In this document: positions 9,557 through 23,000 of the stretch, piece after piece
Layout: every line of letters starts with the position of its first letter
Numbering within the stretch: position 1 is the stretch's first letter
Assembly: GCA_963663765.2 (NCBI GenBank)
Contig: CAXXUA010000004.1
Coordinates: 1,088,001-1,152,000, forward strand
Direction of reading: 5' to 3'
Source of the DNA: Candidatus Poribacteria bacterium
GTDB lineage: Bacteria; Poribacteria; WGA-4E; WGA-3G
DNA length: 64,000 nt
The notes under the pieces: model-generated
Database searches by the model: none
Told to the model about the DNA's origin: nothing
Seen by the model: only the letters and a program-made list of their open reading frames with translations
Translations under genes and position numbers: made by a program

Positions 9557-10367
9557 AATATTTGATCTTGATGTGTTATATCTCTTAATGCTTATGGGGG
9601 TAGGGTTGTGTGCGGGTTTTATAAACGCAATGGCATTTGGAGGATCAATGTTAACTGTTCCTACTCTAATTTTCCTAATACCTTATGCCATTAATATCTC
9701 AACTCTACGCCCTGGAATAGACCCATCAAATATTGCAAATGGTACCAATAGAGTGGCAATTTTATTTCAAAATTTGAGTGCAATTCTTGGATTCCGACGC
9801 AAAGGTGTTTCAAATTTTCGACACGCTATTGTACTTACAATCCCAGCATTTTTAGGCGCAGGTATTGGAGCACTCATTGGAACTGAAACTCCTGACGAGG
9901 CGTTCAAGCCTATTCTTGCAATTGTTATGTTGACTATGCTACTTTTAACATTTTTTAATCCAACTGAGTGGTTACACAAAAAAATTAATCCAAGTAGGAC
10001 AGAATATAGAATCATCACTACCGCCGCACTTTTCCTTGTTGGAATCTATGGTGGATTTATCCAGATAGGAACTGGATTGCTAATTATAGCAACTTTACAG
10101 ATACTTGATGGAGAAGACTTGGTCATTACCAACGCGCACAAGGTATTTATAATTTTCTTCTACACATTTATTGCTTTAGTTATTTTTGTTAGCAAAGGGC
10201 AGGTCAATTGGGTATTGGGTTTAACCCTTGCAATAGGAAACTCTACAGGTGCATGGGTAGGTAGCCATTTTGCTGTGAAGATGGGTGATAAGTGGATTAA
10301 GGTGGTATTAGTAATTGCAGTAATCGCTTCTGTAACAAAACTCATTTGGGACACATTTAATGCCTGA
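9546..10367 (+). CDS. TauE/SafE (TSUP) family sulfite exporter-like permease
   Basis: AGFINAMAFGGS..ANGTNR..GIYGGFIQIGTG motifs, multiple TMs. Confidence 0.85.
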   Translation: MGIEIFDLDVLYLLMLMGVGLCAGFINAMAFGGSMLTVPTLIFLIPYAINISTLRPGIDPSNIANGTNRVAILFQNLSAILGFRRKGVSNFRHAIVLTIPAFLGAGIGALIGTETPDEAFKPILAIVMLTMLLLTFFNPTEWLHKKINPSRTEYRIITTAALFLVGIYGGFIQIGTGLLIIATLQILDGEDLVITNAHKVFIIFFYTFIALVIFVSKGQVNWVLGLTLAIGNSTGAWVGSHFAVKMGDKWIKVVLVIAVIASVTKLIWDTFNA

Positions 10368-10410
10368 AATCTCAAATTAGAACAGGTTGCCAACATGAGC
10401 AACTTATTCA

Positions 10411-10980
10411 CTAATTAGTTAGACTAAAAGATTGTATACGATTTGAAACTAATTCTGTTCCAGAAGTTTTGGTTAATGCATGTAATAGGTTCAATATTTG
10501 TTCAGTAATGTCTGCTTGTTTTCTAACAGTTTTTAGATTAACTTGTTTTAGTTTCTTCAAGGGTTTTTCGTCTTCTTCAGATATCACTACAACCATACCA
10601 TCCCCCCATCCTAATTCTAAAAAGGCATCGTTGCAATTATACTTTTCATCAAAAACTTTGATTATTGGTTGTTGTAACTTTAATAACTGCATTTTAGCAT
10701 TCTGTATTGCTGTTCCCAGTGGCAACAATGTAGGATTTTCGTTGTTTGCCTTTTTGTATAGAGGAAGGTTCCATAATAGAACAGGTTTTTCAATGCGCTG
10801 AGCAAGTAGGATTAACCTAACAAGCCGTCTCCAATCTGAAGGTTGTTCAAGACTCTCGTCATTTCCTTTCAATACTACAAGCTTTACATCTTGAAGTTCA
10901 GCGAAACCAGCGAATTCAAAATTGCCTTGTCCACCTGACCTGTCACCGTAGAGTTGAATAGTTTTGCTAAATGGATGCAT
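10411..10980 (-). CDS. Divergent AccA-like (carboxyltransferase alpha-fold) protein
   Basis: LYGDR, PSDWRRLVRLILLAQRIEKPVL, LKLQQPII, ELVSNRIQSF parallel AccA segments; GGSGGA-type motif missing. Confidence 0.5.
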   Translation of the reverse strand: MHPFSKTIQLYGDRSGGQGNFEFAGFAELQDVKLVVLKGNDESLEQPSDWRRLVRLILLAQRIEKPVLLWNLPLYKKANNENPTLLPLGTAIQNAKMQLLKLQQPIIKVFDEKYNCNDAFLELGWGDGMVVVISEEDEKPLKKLKQVNLKTVRKQADITEQILNLLHALTKTSGTELVSNRIQSFSLTN

Positions 10981-10984
10981 TTTA

Positions 10985-11982
10985 CAATACCTTCGCCATT
11001 TTTGAGTGCTTCAGTTGAATGAGTATATAGTGTTGATCTACCATTGCTCTGTGATATTGTTAGGATTATATAAATAAAAATAACTTCAGGTTTTCGTTGA
11101 AGTTTTTTTATCATTGTAGGGTTATTTAGTTTTAAGAGTTTTCTGTTATTGAGATTTACTGAAAGTTAATACCCAGGTTTGGTTTCCTAACCGAACTTTC
11201 TGCATCAGTTTTAGATTATTGAAAAATGAATATCGCTCTTTAGTCCCGACAAATGCCATACGCGCATTTGGCGTTGATTTGGTAGGGTTGATATGTTTAT
11301 TTTTCTATGTCGTTCCTACGGAACTCAAGAGGGTTAGATAACATGTTTCTATAAACATATCGTCCCTACGGGACTAAAGACATGGACAAGATGGCAACAC
11401 ATAAAATTAACGACATAGCAAAATATTATCAAAAATATTGAAAACTGAATAACCCTGTTATCATAGCCTCTAATTTGACAGAATAATTTATATGCACAAT
11501 CTGGAAGAATGTGCTACAACTGCCCGCACAATCTGGCAAAATGTGCTACAACTGCCCGCACAATCTGGAAGAATGTGCTACAACTGCCCGCACAATCTGG
11601 AAGAATGTGCTACAACTGCCCGCACAATCTGGAAGAATGTGCTACAACTGTCCGCACAATCTGGCAAAATGTGCTACAACTGCCCGCACAATCTGGAAGA
11701 ATGTGCTACAACTGCCCGCACAATCTGGCAAAATGTGCTACAACTGTCCGCACAATCTGGCAAAATGTGCTACAACTGCCCGCACAATCTGGAAGAATGT
11801 GCTACAACTGTCCGCACAATCTGGCAAAATGTGCTACAACTGCCCGCACAATCTGGAAGAATGTGCTACAACTTGCCCGCACAATCTGGCAAAATGTGCT
11901 ACAATTGCCCGCACAATCTGGAAGAATGTGCTACAACTGCCCGCACAATCTGGAAGAATGTCTATTATTGGCGAAGGTATTG
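10985..11982 (+). mobile_element. MITE family A (TIR CAATACCTTCGC) containing a family B MITE and a 32-bp tandem array
   Basis: caataccttcgcca...tggcgaaggtattg; B element at ~11118-11457. Confidence 0.8.
11494..11961. repeat. Tandem array, 15 x 32 bp (GCACAATCTGG(A/C)A(G/A)AATGTGCTACAACTG(C/T)CC); the reverse strand is a GTAG-REP
   Basis: Direct reading; no spacers; last unit partial. Confidence 0.95.
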
Positions 11983-12026
11983 ATTTTATATATAGAATTT
12001 ATACTTGGCATTTGCCATGTTGTTAT

Positions 12027-12064
12027 AAAAAAAGCAGGGAGGTGATGTTTCACACCTTCCCTGC
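12027..12064 (-). terminator. Intrinsic terminator of the giant protein-PorV-LysM operon
   Basis: gcagggaaggtgtgaaacatcacctccctgc + T-tract on the minus strand. Confidence 0.7.
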
Positions 12065-12086
12065 CTGAATGAATGTGTGTAAGAGA

Positions 12087-12959
12087 TTACTCTCCGCTAC
12101 GACCACCGATTGCGTTTAAAACAAACCATCCAATACCTGCAGCGACTGTAGTGATAACAACGAGTGAACGCTTAACTGTGGAAACCTCTTCATGCACACC
12201 TTGAGCGTCCTTTATCATCATCTTAATTTCACTGATAGCATTTTGATTCGTCTCAATATTCGCCAATGCAGTTTTCACGTCTCCTTGAAGAGCATTAATA
12301 CTATTTTGGGCAGCTTTCAAATCCTTTTGTAGAGTACCAAGCATCTCATTTGACTTGTCAAGTTGCCCCTTAACTCCTTCTATATTTTTCTGGAGTGTGT
12401 TTCTGGTATTTCTAATAACTTTTGTGACGTCTGTAGTTGATTTGCTATTTGCTTCCTTGATTGCTTCAAGAGTCTCATCTTGGGATTTCAAACTTTTTTC
12501 AAGTTCTTTAATTTGATCTTGAAGTTTCTTTGCACTCCCTTTCAGTTCCTCAATTTGAGTCATCAACTTTTTCTGTGCACCTTTAGACTCCTCAAGTTCA
12601 GTCTGCAATTTCTCCAATTCTTCCTGATCAATCTTGACTTTGTCTTCCATTTCATCCTTTATTTCTTTCATCATATGTATTGGAATACGCAGCTTTTCGC
12701 CAGGATAGATTAGGTGAGGATTTGTGAAGTCATTATACTTGCTCAACTCACGCCAACGTAGCGGATCTTTCAAATGTTCTTGGCAAAGATCCCAAAGCGT
12801 ATCACCTTTATTAATGGTGATCAACGAGGTCTCGGTATCATCATCTGCTGTGTCCTTTGGTGTAATTCTTGCTGAAGCAGTAAGGACATAAACACCACTT
12901 AGGGCGACACAGAGATAAAGAATGAATGTTAATTTTAGTGTGGCTTTTATCATATTCAT
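12087..12959 (-). CDS. LysM domain + long coiled coil + C-terminal TM protein
   Basis: INKGDTLWDL..NPHLIYPGEKLRIP LysM; heptad region; signal peptide and C-terminal hydrophobic helix. Confidence 0.85.
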   Translation of the reverse strand: MNMIKATLKLTFILYLCVALSGVYVLTASARITPKDTADDDTETSLITINKGDTLWDLCQEHLKDPLRWRELSKYNDFTNPHLIYPGEKLRIPIHMMKEIKDEMEDKVKIDQEELEKLQTELEESKGAQKKLMTQIEELKGSAKKLQDQIKELEKSLKSQDETLEAIKEANSKSTTDVTKVIRNTRNTLQKNIEGVKGQLDKSNEMLGTLQKDLKAAQNSINALQGDVKTALANIETNQNAISEIKMMIKDAQGVHEEVSTVKRSLVVITTVAAGIGWFVLNAIGGRSGE

Positions 12960-12980
12960 CAGTATTCTCCTTATTAAATG

Positions 12981-14018
12981 CTAAAATTCATAAGACACGG
13001 AAACAAATTGCGTTGTTCCTGTGTCATTAATTTCATTTGTCAAGTCGTCCTGTATGGCGTAGTCAACTTGTAAACCGGCAATGTTAACACCAAATCCCCC
13101 GAAAAGGCTCTGAACATCGCGTGATGCTTTGCTCCCTGCACGAAGTGAAAATTCGGTAGATCTGTTTGTCATTATTGTGTATTCAACACCACCACGTATG
13201 CTAAATGCACTTCTGTCAAGGTTGACGAATTCATGTTCTATATCAGCAGCAAACGTAACAACGTTCCCCATGTATAGATCATAAGCAACGCCGGCGTTTA
13301 TTACCATTGGGATGGTGGCTCCATCTTCACCAAATGAAGAACCGAGGTATTTTGCGACGATACCGTAGTGAAATGTTGGTACTTCAATATTACCATCATT
13401 CATTTCATTTGAATGCGCATGGAGTACTTGTCCTTTCATTCTTTCTGCAACATCAATGTGAAGTGCGTGACCCATCAGACCGATATCAACGCCACCGAAA
13501 CCACTCTGGTTGTCAACGTCATCAACACCGAAACTATCCATTAACATACGTCCAGTTAGACCGACATTAAAGTTGCCGAAGGCAATACCATAAGAAAGTG
13601 AATATGCATTTGTACTATAATCTGCTGTACCGCCAAGAACACCGTCTACATCACGTATATCGTAATCAGAAACGCCAAAATTAGTGGCAGCTAATCCGAT
13701 AGAACCGTAATCTCCAAGCCTTTTTGTTATTGCGACAAAATTATGGCTTCTATCAAGTGATAATTTTTGTGTAGAAAAGTTTAGACTGAGGTCTGCCGAA
13801 GAACCGAGTCCTGCGGGGTTCCAGACTGTGGCTGTGGCATCTTCTGCTATTGCTGTGAATGCACCCCCTAAACCAATAGAACGTGCCCCTGCGCCGAGAC
13901 GTAAATGAGGCATAACGTTCACCTGATGCTCATCGGCGAAACAGACAGGTGACACAGCAAGGATAAGAAATAGAGCGGCGATTGAACCGCATAGCAATTT
14001 TTGCTTTGTGAGAGACAT
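12981..14018 (-). CDS. PorV/PorQ-family outer-membrane beta-barrel
   Basis: LGAGARSIGLGGAFTAIAEDATATVWNPAGL signature; terminal SVSYEF beta-signal. Confidence 0.8.
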   Translation of the reverse strand: MSLTKQKLLCGSIAALFLILAVSPVCFADEHQVNVMPHLRLGAGARSIGLGGAFTAIAEDATATVWNPAGLGSSADLSLNFSTQKLSLDRSHNFVAITKRLGDYGSIGLAATNFGVSDYDIRDVDGVLGGTADYSTNAYSLSYGIAFGNFNVGLTGRMLMDSFGVDDVDNQSGFGGVDIGLMGHALHIDVAERMKGQVLHAHSNEMNDGNIEVPTFHYGIVAKYLGSSFGEDGATIPMVINAGVAYDLYMGNVVTFAADIEHEFVNLDRSAFSIRGGVEYTIMTNRSTEFSLRAGSKASRDVQSLFGGFGVNIAGLQVDYAIQDDLTNEINDTGTTQFVSVSYEF

Positions 14019-14043
14019 TTATCTCCTCCTTCGTAGTCGCGTC

Positions 14044-14073
14044 ATCGGAAATTGGGATATCCCAATTTCCGAT
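14044..14073. other. Perfect 30-bp intergenic palindrome between the giant gene and the PorV-like gene
   Basis: atcggaaattgggatatcccaatttccgat. Confidence 0.7.
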
Positions 14074-14091
14074 TCGCGAACGACTGATTAC

Positions 14092-17000
14092 TTAGCGCGT
14101 CAGAGCGAGCTTTAGTATGGCGTATTCGGGCTCGATACCATCTGTCACTACAATTTCGCAGAAATAGATGCCGCGAGCTAAGTTTTCGCCACTGCTGGTT
14201 TTTCCGTCCCATTGAGTTCCGTGTCTACCGATGTAATTACCAGCAGACATAACTTCATTGTCCTTTAGGACTCGAACTGGGCGGAGAGTCACGTCATAGA
14301 TGACAATACTGACAGTGGATGTCCGGTTTAGAGTGAAGGAAATCCGCGTACTATCCTTAAACGGATTAGGATGATTATACGGCTTCACTGCTAATATTGG
14401 AGCGTCCGAATACTCAACAAAGAAACTGAACTGATAAACAGCGGTGTTTGCTTTGCGAGCACCATCGTTATCTTCAGGGACGTTACCCTGTTGATGCGCA
14501 TTGTCAGAAACTTCTAACTTGACCACATATTCTCCTGGTTCAAGATATTCATCAGGGAATACAGGTGAAGAAAGTGTATATAGAACTTGCGTTGCTGATT
14601 TTTGATCATCAGTAAGATCAATTGGAGCAACCAACGTTCCCCCACCTTTCTTCGGTGCTTCTATAACAAGTTTGATGGAACCGACATTCACGCCAGTTTC
14701 TGCATCGCCATAAGTTAGCGATATAGTGGGTCTGGCATTTTCTTTATCGTCGTTCCCAGTTTGCTTATTGAACGTTTGCTTATAGGTCAAACGTGCACCG
14801 TCTTGAGGTGCTGACGATGTGATGATGGGTGCAGCGGTATCAAAGTCAACCGTAAATACACCTTTCGCTGATGAAGAGTTACCATTTGTATCAGTTGCAC
14901 GAACTTCAATTGTATAAGAGCCTTCATCAAGAGGGTTCTCTGGCATGAAATCTGCGCGAGTGATACCTGTAACATCTGCTTCAGCATCGTCCATTGTACC
15001 ACCTGTAACTTCTTCGCCATTATCATCCATCACGGTGATAATGATTTCAGCTACTCCGGATTCATCATTGGCACTTGCCGAAACAGTCGGAAGTCCTCTG
15101 TGAATAGTTCCCGAAGGAGTGATAGAAGAGATAATAGGTGCGGTGGTGTCAATAACTACAGTAAATGACCAAGTGTGAACCGTTGTGCCACCCAAACTCT
15201 CTGCAATAACTTGCATAGTATGTGTGCCTGGTTCAAAACTATCTGAAATCTCAATTTGTCCATTCTTAATCTTGTCAGCTGTAATCCTATGATTTGCTGG
15301 TCCAGGATCAACACTGCTAACAAACGGAACAAACCCTTTATTCACGTCATTTTCATCGCGAATATAGAATTCAACACTCAAGATATCAGATTGTTCGTCG
15401 GTAATTACAGCAGAAATGTTTACCCAACTATCTTTGACGATACCAGATGGTCCTACTTCTGAAATGACAGGTGGTGTTGTGTCTAACATCACATTGAAAA
15501 CAACAGTTGCTTGCGCAGTCTTTTCGTTTTCATCGGTGACTTCAACCATTACAATATACTCACCAGTAGCCAAATCATCTGAAGGTGTATAAGTGAATTG
15601 ATTTTCTTCAACTTCTACAGGTGCATCTTCGCCGTTGATGGTAAATGTTGTCAACTCTACCTCTGTCATACCAGTGAAATGACCTCTGAAAATCGGTTTA
15701 CCTTGATAGTAGGTCTGACCTGCAGCAGGTGAAAGAATCGCAACACTTGGTCCTGGTATATCTACAATGAAATCAACAGAAGTCGTTGCAGACTCACCGT
15801 TTGAATCTGTCACTTTTGCAGTTGCTCTATATTGCCCATGTAATAATTCAATCTCACCTGTGAATTGATTACCGTCATGTTTAGACACATCAACATTTTC
15901 GCCACCAACTGTAAGAACTACTGCGACATCACCAACTCCTGTATACTCGCCATTGACAATTATTGAACCATTGTCATAAGAGGTGCCAGCTACAGGTGAT
16001 TGAATTGTTACTGTCGCTTCAGGATATACAATTGAGAACGTCGTTGACGCATCAGCTGTTTCGCCATTGGCATCCATCACTGAAACGGATACTGTATGAC
16101 TACCTTCACCCAACTTGTCAGATAAGTTATAAGTAAACTCATTACCATCTGGTTCAAGTACTATCACATCACCACTATCAACCGTTAGCATAACGGATAC
16201 AGGTGCGACACCAATAAACGAACCTGAAATATGACGATAGGTGTGATCATAAGTGTCGCCTGCTTCAGGAGAGGATATAGAAACTGAAGCATCAGGATAG
16301 ACAACTGAGAATGTCGTTGTCGCATCAGCTGTTTCGCCATTGGCATCCATCACTGAAACGGATACGGTATGGCTACCTTCATCCAACTTATCAGATAAGT
16401 TATGAGTAAACTCATTACCATCTGGTTCAAGTGCTATCGCATCACCACCATCAACCGTTAGCATAACGGATACGGGTGCGACACCATTGAACGAACCTGA
16501 AATATGACGGAACGTGTGATCATTAGTTCCACCCTCTGTCGGTGAAGATATGGATACTGACGCATCAGGATACATAACTGTGAAAGTTGTTGATGCTTCC
16601 GCTGTTTCGCCATTGGCATCCATCACTGAAACGGATACTTTATGACTACCTTCACCCAACTTATCAGCAAGGTCATGGGAGAATTCGTTACCTTCGGTTT
16701 TCACATCATCGGGATCTACAGCTTCACCATCTACCATCAAAGTCACAGAGACTTCACCGACACCGGTAAACTCACCTGAAATATGACGATACATGTGATC
16801 ATAAGTGTCACCTGCTACTGGTGAAGATATAGAAACTGATGCTTCAGGATAAACAACTGAGAACGTTGTTGATGCCTGAGCAGTTTCACCATTGGCATCC
16901 ATCACTGAAACGGATACTGTGTGGTTACCTTCATCCAACTTGTCAGATAATGTATGAGTAAACTCATTACCATCTGGTTCAAGTGCTATCGCATCACCAT

Positions 17001-20000
17001 CATCAACCGTTAGCATAACGGATACGGGTGCGACACCAATAAACGAACCTGAAATATGACGGAACGTGTGATCATTAGTTCCACCCTCTACAGGTGATGA
17101 TATGGATACTGACGCATCAGGATACATAACTGAGAAAGTTGTTGACGCATCAGCTGTTTCGCCATTCTCATCCATCACTGAAACGGATACTGTATGGCTA
17201 CCTTCATCCAACTTATCAGCAAGGTTATGCGAGAATTCGTTACCTTCGGTTTTCACATCATCGGGATCTACGGCTTCACCATCTACCATCAATGTCACAG
17301 AGACTTCACCGACACCGGTAAACTCACCTGAAATATGACGGAACGTGTGATCATAAGTGTCACCTGCTACTGGAGAAGATATAGAAACTGATGCTTCAGG
17401 ATAAACAACTGAGAAAGTTGTTGATGCCTGGGCAGTTTCACCATTGACATCCATCACTGAAACGGATACTGTATGACTACCTTCACCCAACTTGTCAGAT
17501 AATGTATGAGTAAACTCATTACCATCTGGTTCAAGTGCTATCGCATCACCATCATCAACCGTTAGCATAACGGATACGGGTGCGACACCAATAAACGAAC
17601 CTGAAATATGACGATAGGTGTGATCATAAGTGTCGCCCGCTTCAGGAGAGGATATAGAAACTGATGCTTCAGGATAAACAACTGAGAAAGTTGTTGATGC
17701 CTGAGCAGTTTCACCATTCGCATCCATCACTGAAACGGATACTTTATGACTACCTTCACCCAACTTGTCAGATAATGTATGAGTAAACTCATTACCATCT
17801 GGTTCAAGTGCTATCGCATCACCACTATCAACCGTTAACATAACGGATACAGGTGCGACACCAATAAATGAACCTGAAATATGACGGAATGTGTGATCAT
17901 TAGTTCCACCCTCTGTAGGTGATGATATGGATACTGACGCATCAGGATACATAACTGAGAAAGTTGTTGATGCTTCCGCTGTTTCGCCATTCTCATCCAT
18001 CACTGAAACGGATACTGTATGGCTACCTTCATCCAACTTATCAGCAAGGTCATGAGAGAATTCGTTACCTTCGGGTTTCACATCTACGGCTTCACCATCT
18101 ACCATCAAAGTCACAGAGACTTCACCGACACCGGTAAACTCACCTGAAATATGACGATAGGTGTGATCATAAGTGTCGCCTGCTTCAGGAGAAGATATAG
18201 AAACTGATGCTTCAGGATAAACAACTGAGAAAGTTGTTGACGCATCAGCTGTTTCACCATTGGCATCCATCACTGTAACGGATACTGTATGACTACCTTC
18301 ACCCAACTTATCAGATAATGTATGAGTAAACTCATTACCATCTGGTTCAAGTGCTATCGCATCACCATCATCAACCGTTAGCATAACGGATACGGGTGCG
18401 ACACCATTGAACGAACCTGAAATATGACGGAATGTGTGATCATTAGTTCCACCCTCTGTAGGTGATGATATGGATACTGAAGCATCAGGATAAACAACTG
18501 AGAAAGTTGTTGACGCATCAGCTGTTTCACCATTGGCATCCATCACTGTAACGGATACTGTATGACTACCTTCACCCAACTTATCAGATAATGTATGAGT
18601 AAACTCATTACCATCTGGTTCAAGTGCTATCGCATCACCATCATCAACCGTTAGCATAACGGATACGGGTGCGACACCATTGAACGAACCTGAAATATGA
18701 CGGAACGTGTGATCATAAGTGTCACCTGCTACTGGAGAAGATATAGAAACTGATGCTTCAGGATAGGTTACTGAGAAGGATGCTGATGCTTGTGCGGTCT
18801 TACCATTTTCAGAAGTGACCATTACAGTTACCATGTGTTCACCTTCTGACAACTTATCTGAAAGTTCAGCAGTGAACTGGTTACCATCTTTCGTCTCTTC
18901 AACGGCTTCACCATCTAACATCAAATCAATAGTAACTTCACCAACACCAGAGAACTCACCTGCGATATGACTGAATTCATGATCATAGGATCCACCAGCT
19001 GTGGGTGATTGAATAGATACTGTCGGTTCGGGATGGAAGACTGAGAAGACCACCGTTGCTTCGGCTTTCTTTTCGTTTGCATCAGTTGCTGTGACAACTG
19101 CTGTATAATCACCATCAGCTAACACAGAATCTGGAGTATAACTATCAGCATCGTCTACCAATTCAACCGCATCACCATTAATAGTAAGGGTTACAGAGAC
19201 GGGTTCAGCAACGCCAGTTGCTTTCCAAGCTATCTCAGGTGTGCCATGATCATACAATTGACCTCCAGCAGGAGAATGAATCGCTACGGATGGTCCAGGT
19301 ATGTTTACTGTGAATTCAGTAGTTGCTTCAGCAGTATTACCATTCACATCAATAACCATTAGCATGACTGTGTGGTCGCCATCACTCAACGGTTCGGTTG
19401 GTTTATAGGTAAATTCGTTACCACTGACATCCATTACGGCTTCACCATCTATAGAAAGTGTTCCACTAACAGGGTCAGCACCCGAGAACGTACCTGTAAT
19501 AATAGGTACTCCATGGTTATATTCCTGACCTGCAGTCGGTGTTGCAATGGTTGCTGTCGGTACTGGATGTTCAACTATAAATGTCAATGATGTTTGTGCG
19601 GTTAATCCGCTACCATCTGTTACCTCTACAGCGACTGTATGTGTATCTTCACCGAAACCTTCCTCAGGTGTATAAGTGAAGTTACTTCCGTCAACTGAAA
19701 TAGATTCAGAAACATCTACATCATTTACGGTAAACTTGGTTATACCTACATCACCGCCACCAGCAAAGAACCCAGTAACACTACCAGGATTTGCATCAAA
19801 TTCTTGTCCTGAAGCAGGTGCAGTAACGACAACTGTTGGGTCTATACCTTCAACAGCAAAGTTCACTGATGCTTCACCAACATTACCAAGGCTATCTGTA
19901 ACCATGACTGTGAATTGGTATGCACCACCAGCGAGTTTGTCTATGCGGGTATAAACTACAGAGTCTATATCCTGTTCAACCATTTCCGGATCAACAGCGA

Positions 20001-23000
20001 TTGGCACTGCGTCCTGTACGACCTCTTCTGGACGGAGCCGATCTAACGACACAACTGCTGTATTGTCAGCACTGATGCCAACACCTAAATCTCCATCGTT
20101 GTATTCTGCGTGGAGCGTTGGTAGGTCATTGATTGTAACCCCTTCAGTAGGCGTTACAAAAGTGATAACCGGTGCAGTATTATCCAAGTTGATATTCGCC
20201 AAGGCGAAGTCCACAAAACGTTCACGTATTTCTACGCGTCCATGTGGCGTGGTATGTTGACTTGGCAATTCCATCAGATTATTTGCAGACAGCATGAACG
20301 CATACTCGCCATCGCTTCCTGCAGTATAATCATCACCATCCCTGAACTGTCCACCAACGACAACACCGATAAGATCATCTTCAAACAAAGTACCGTTATT
20401 GACGTTGAAACTTACAGCGATTGAATCGCGAAGTGGAATTGGATCAGGAAGTTCGCCTTCAACTAGCACATCATCAACTTCAGTGACCATCAATTCCATA
20501 ATATCACTAACTCGGAAGTTTAGGACATGAACTGTGATAATAGGTGAAGCAACTTCATTTTCATGATCTTGCCAGTTTATGTGATTACCTTCATCATCAA
20601 CTTCACGATCTGCAACAAGGGCATAATAAGTGTAAGCACCGTTTTCCAGCAACCCTATATCAACAGTAATCTGTCCATCATCAAGGCTACCTTCAACATG
20701 TGATACAGAACCATCAGGTGCAGTTTGAACTAAACCGATCTTACCACCTTCATAAGTGATAGGTTCAGCAGTTGGTTCAATGGTAAATGTAAGTTCTGTT
20801 GACTCAACAGCATCATCTACAATACCACGAGCAGTGAAGCTGCCATCTTCGTTTGCTGCCAGCGAACCAACATGATCAGCAACATCCGTGATATTTGTCG
20901 GACCGAGTGGAGGCACATCATCAACATTGTCTAATGAGAATGACGCTTCTACACCATCACGTTGCATGTATTCGGTGTGTGCCTTATTCTGGGGTGTGAG
21001 AGAAATTGCTCGCACCACATACTTGTTTGTATCTAATGAGACATCACGTTGAGAATCATCACCGCGAGAGATCGTATCTTCAAGTCTGTTGATAGGTTCA
21101 TCATCTGCAGTGAATGTATCTTCCAATGCTAACTCGCGTGTATCAACAATAAACTGCCATTTCATGTAGCGTCCGGGAATTGCAACTACAGATTCGCCAT
21201 CAGCTTCGGTTCCCGCTTGGGTAATTCCGATAAGACCACCAGTTATATCGTCTAAATCATCAATACCTGGTAATTCGGATACATCCACTTCAACAGGATC
21301 AACGGCTGTACCTGTGATACGTTCCCATGTGTCATCAACGGGACGTGCTACCTCAACACGGATACCATCGGTAGGTGCTGAAGTTATATAATACGTATAC
21401 ACATTGAAAGTGAGTTCACCTTGTGGAGCACCACTATCAGGATTCACTGCACCATCTGAATTGTCAACAGTGACTGCGATCACACCTGGATCAGGTCGGT
21501 AGGTGTTCTCAACATTTATTGTGATTTCGTCACCTTCATAATCATCTGCTTGAATGTTTCCGTATTCAAGGAATACTTCATCTGAAGCAGTGTCATCATC
21601 ATAAGGTTCCGCATTGTCATACGCTAACGCATGAACTGTGAACGAATAAACGTCGTCTTCTGTCGGATTATACATCAAGTCGTACGGATCTTTGGAATGA
21701 TTTTGGAGATACTTGTCATTGTAGACCTCCTCGTCATCATCCGCCAGAGTGCCGACATCAATCGTTACAGTAAATACACCACTACCTTCAGCTGTTTCGG
21801 TAACTTCACCGATAATAGCACCTTCAGGTAACGTTGTTAGCAACTTCACGCCGCCATCTTTGTAAGTATGACGGTCTGCGGTTGGTGTAAGTGTTAATGT
21901 AACTACCGGAGATTTGACGGTGGGATCGTATTTGTCAACGAGTGCACTTACTGTGTAAGTTCCGTCACCGTTGTCAATTAACATTGCATCAGCAGGTTCA
22001 ATGCTTGTTACAACGACACCTATTGGTCCGAGTGGTGCAACATCATCATCGTTATCTACTGAGAACTGTTCTGTATAATCTTCACCCATTAGGATCGGTG
22101 AGATGTCAGTACCATCTGCACCAACAGCATAGGCACGCACCATATAACGATTCTCATCAAGTGAGGCGTCACGGGCAGCAGGACTATCCACAGTTATGGT
22201 ATCATCCAGTAGCGTTGTATCCACAGTAATTATCCATTTGAGGTAACTACTGGTAGAATCTATATGGAGAGTATCGTCTACATAGACTTCTGCTAATGTT
22301 TTACCTTTAAACATAATCGCTTCTGTCACGCCACCGTCCATACCAGCAGAATCGTCAACAGCAACTTCACCAATCTTAATTGGCGTATCATCACCTGGAC
22401 GCATAACTTCAATGCGGATAGATTCTGTTGCTGGAACAGTACGTCGTGGTGTATATCCCTCAAGCATTATTGTGCCTTGCGGTGCACCACTATCCTGGTT
22501 TTTCATAACAACGGAATCTGTATCAACGTCTACGACTAATACTACAGGATCAACAGGATGTACATCAGCATCAAGATTTATAGTGAATGCATCTGAAATC
22601 CTTAAGTCTTGATCCTCTGTTAACGCATCAAAATCCACACCATTTATGTCTATTGGATGTTGGAGTGCGTTGGTAGTAACCGTGCGAACAAATACCGTAT
22701 CTCCTGCTTGCAACAAATCTTCCAAGGCATTGCCAACTTCCCAAAGGATTGTCCGAGTGTCACCAGCAGCACCTTCGCCTTCAACTAATTCTACTTCATC
22801 AATTGACTGCCAAACACCGTCAGCCTCTAAATCAGAATAATATACTGTAATTGACGCATTAGGATGTTGTGGATCGCGATTGAGTGGATGAACAGTACGT
22901 TCATCAATCGTAACCGTCAATGTTACATCTCTGGCATTGTCATAGATTACACCAAATTCATAGGCATCGTCTTTGCCATTATGGTTAATGTCACCAAGAG

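Noticed and set aside
11492-12068. CRISPR array or Cys-rich repeat proteins (three overlapping ORFs)
   Set aside because: The 32-bp units are contiguous with no unique spacers and no cas genes; the ORFs result from a stop-free repeat inside a MITE.
16020-18767. Diversity-generating retroelement TR/VR pair
   Set aside because: Differences between repeats are not adenine-specific and there is no reverse transcriptase in the window.
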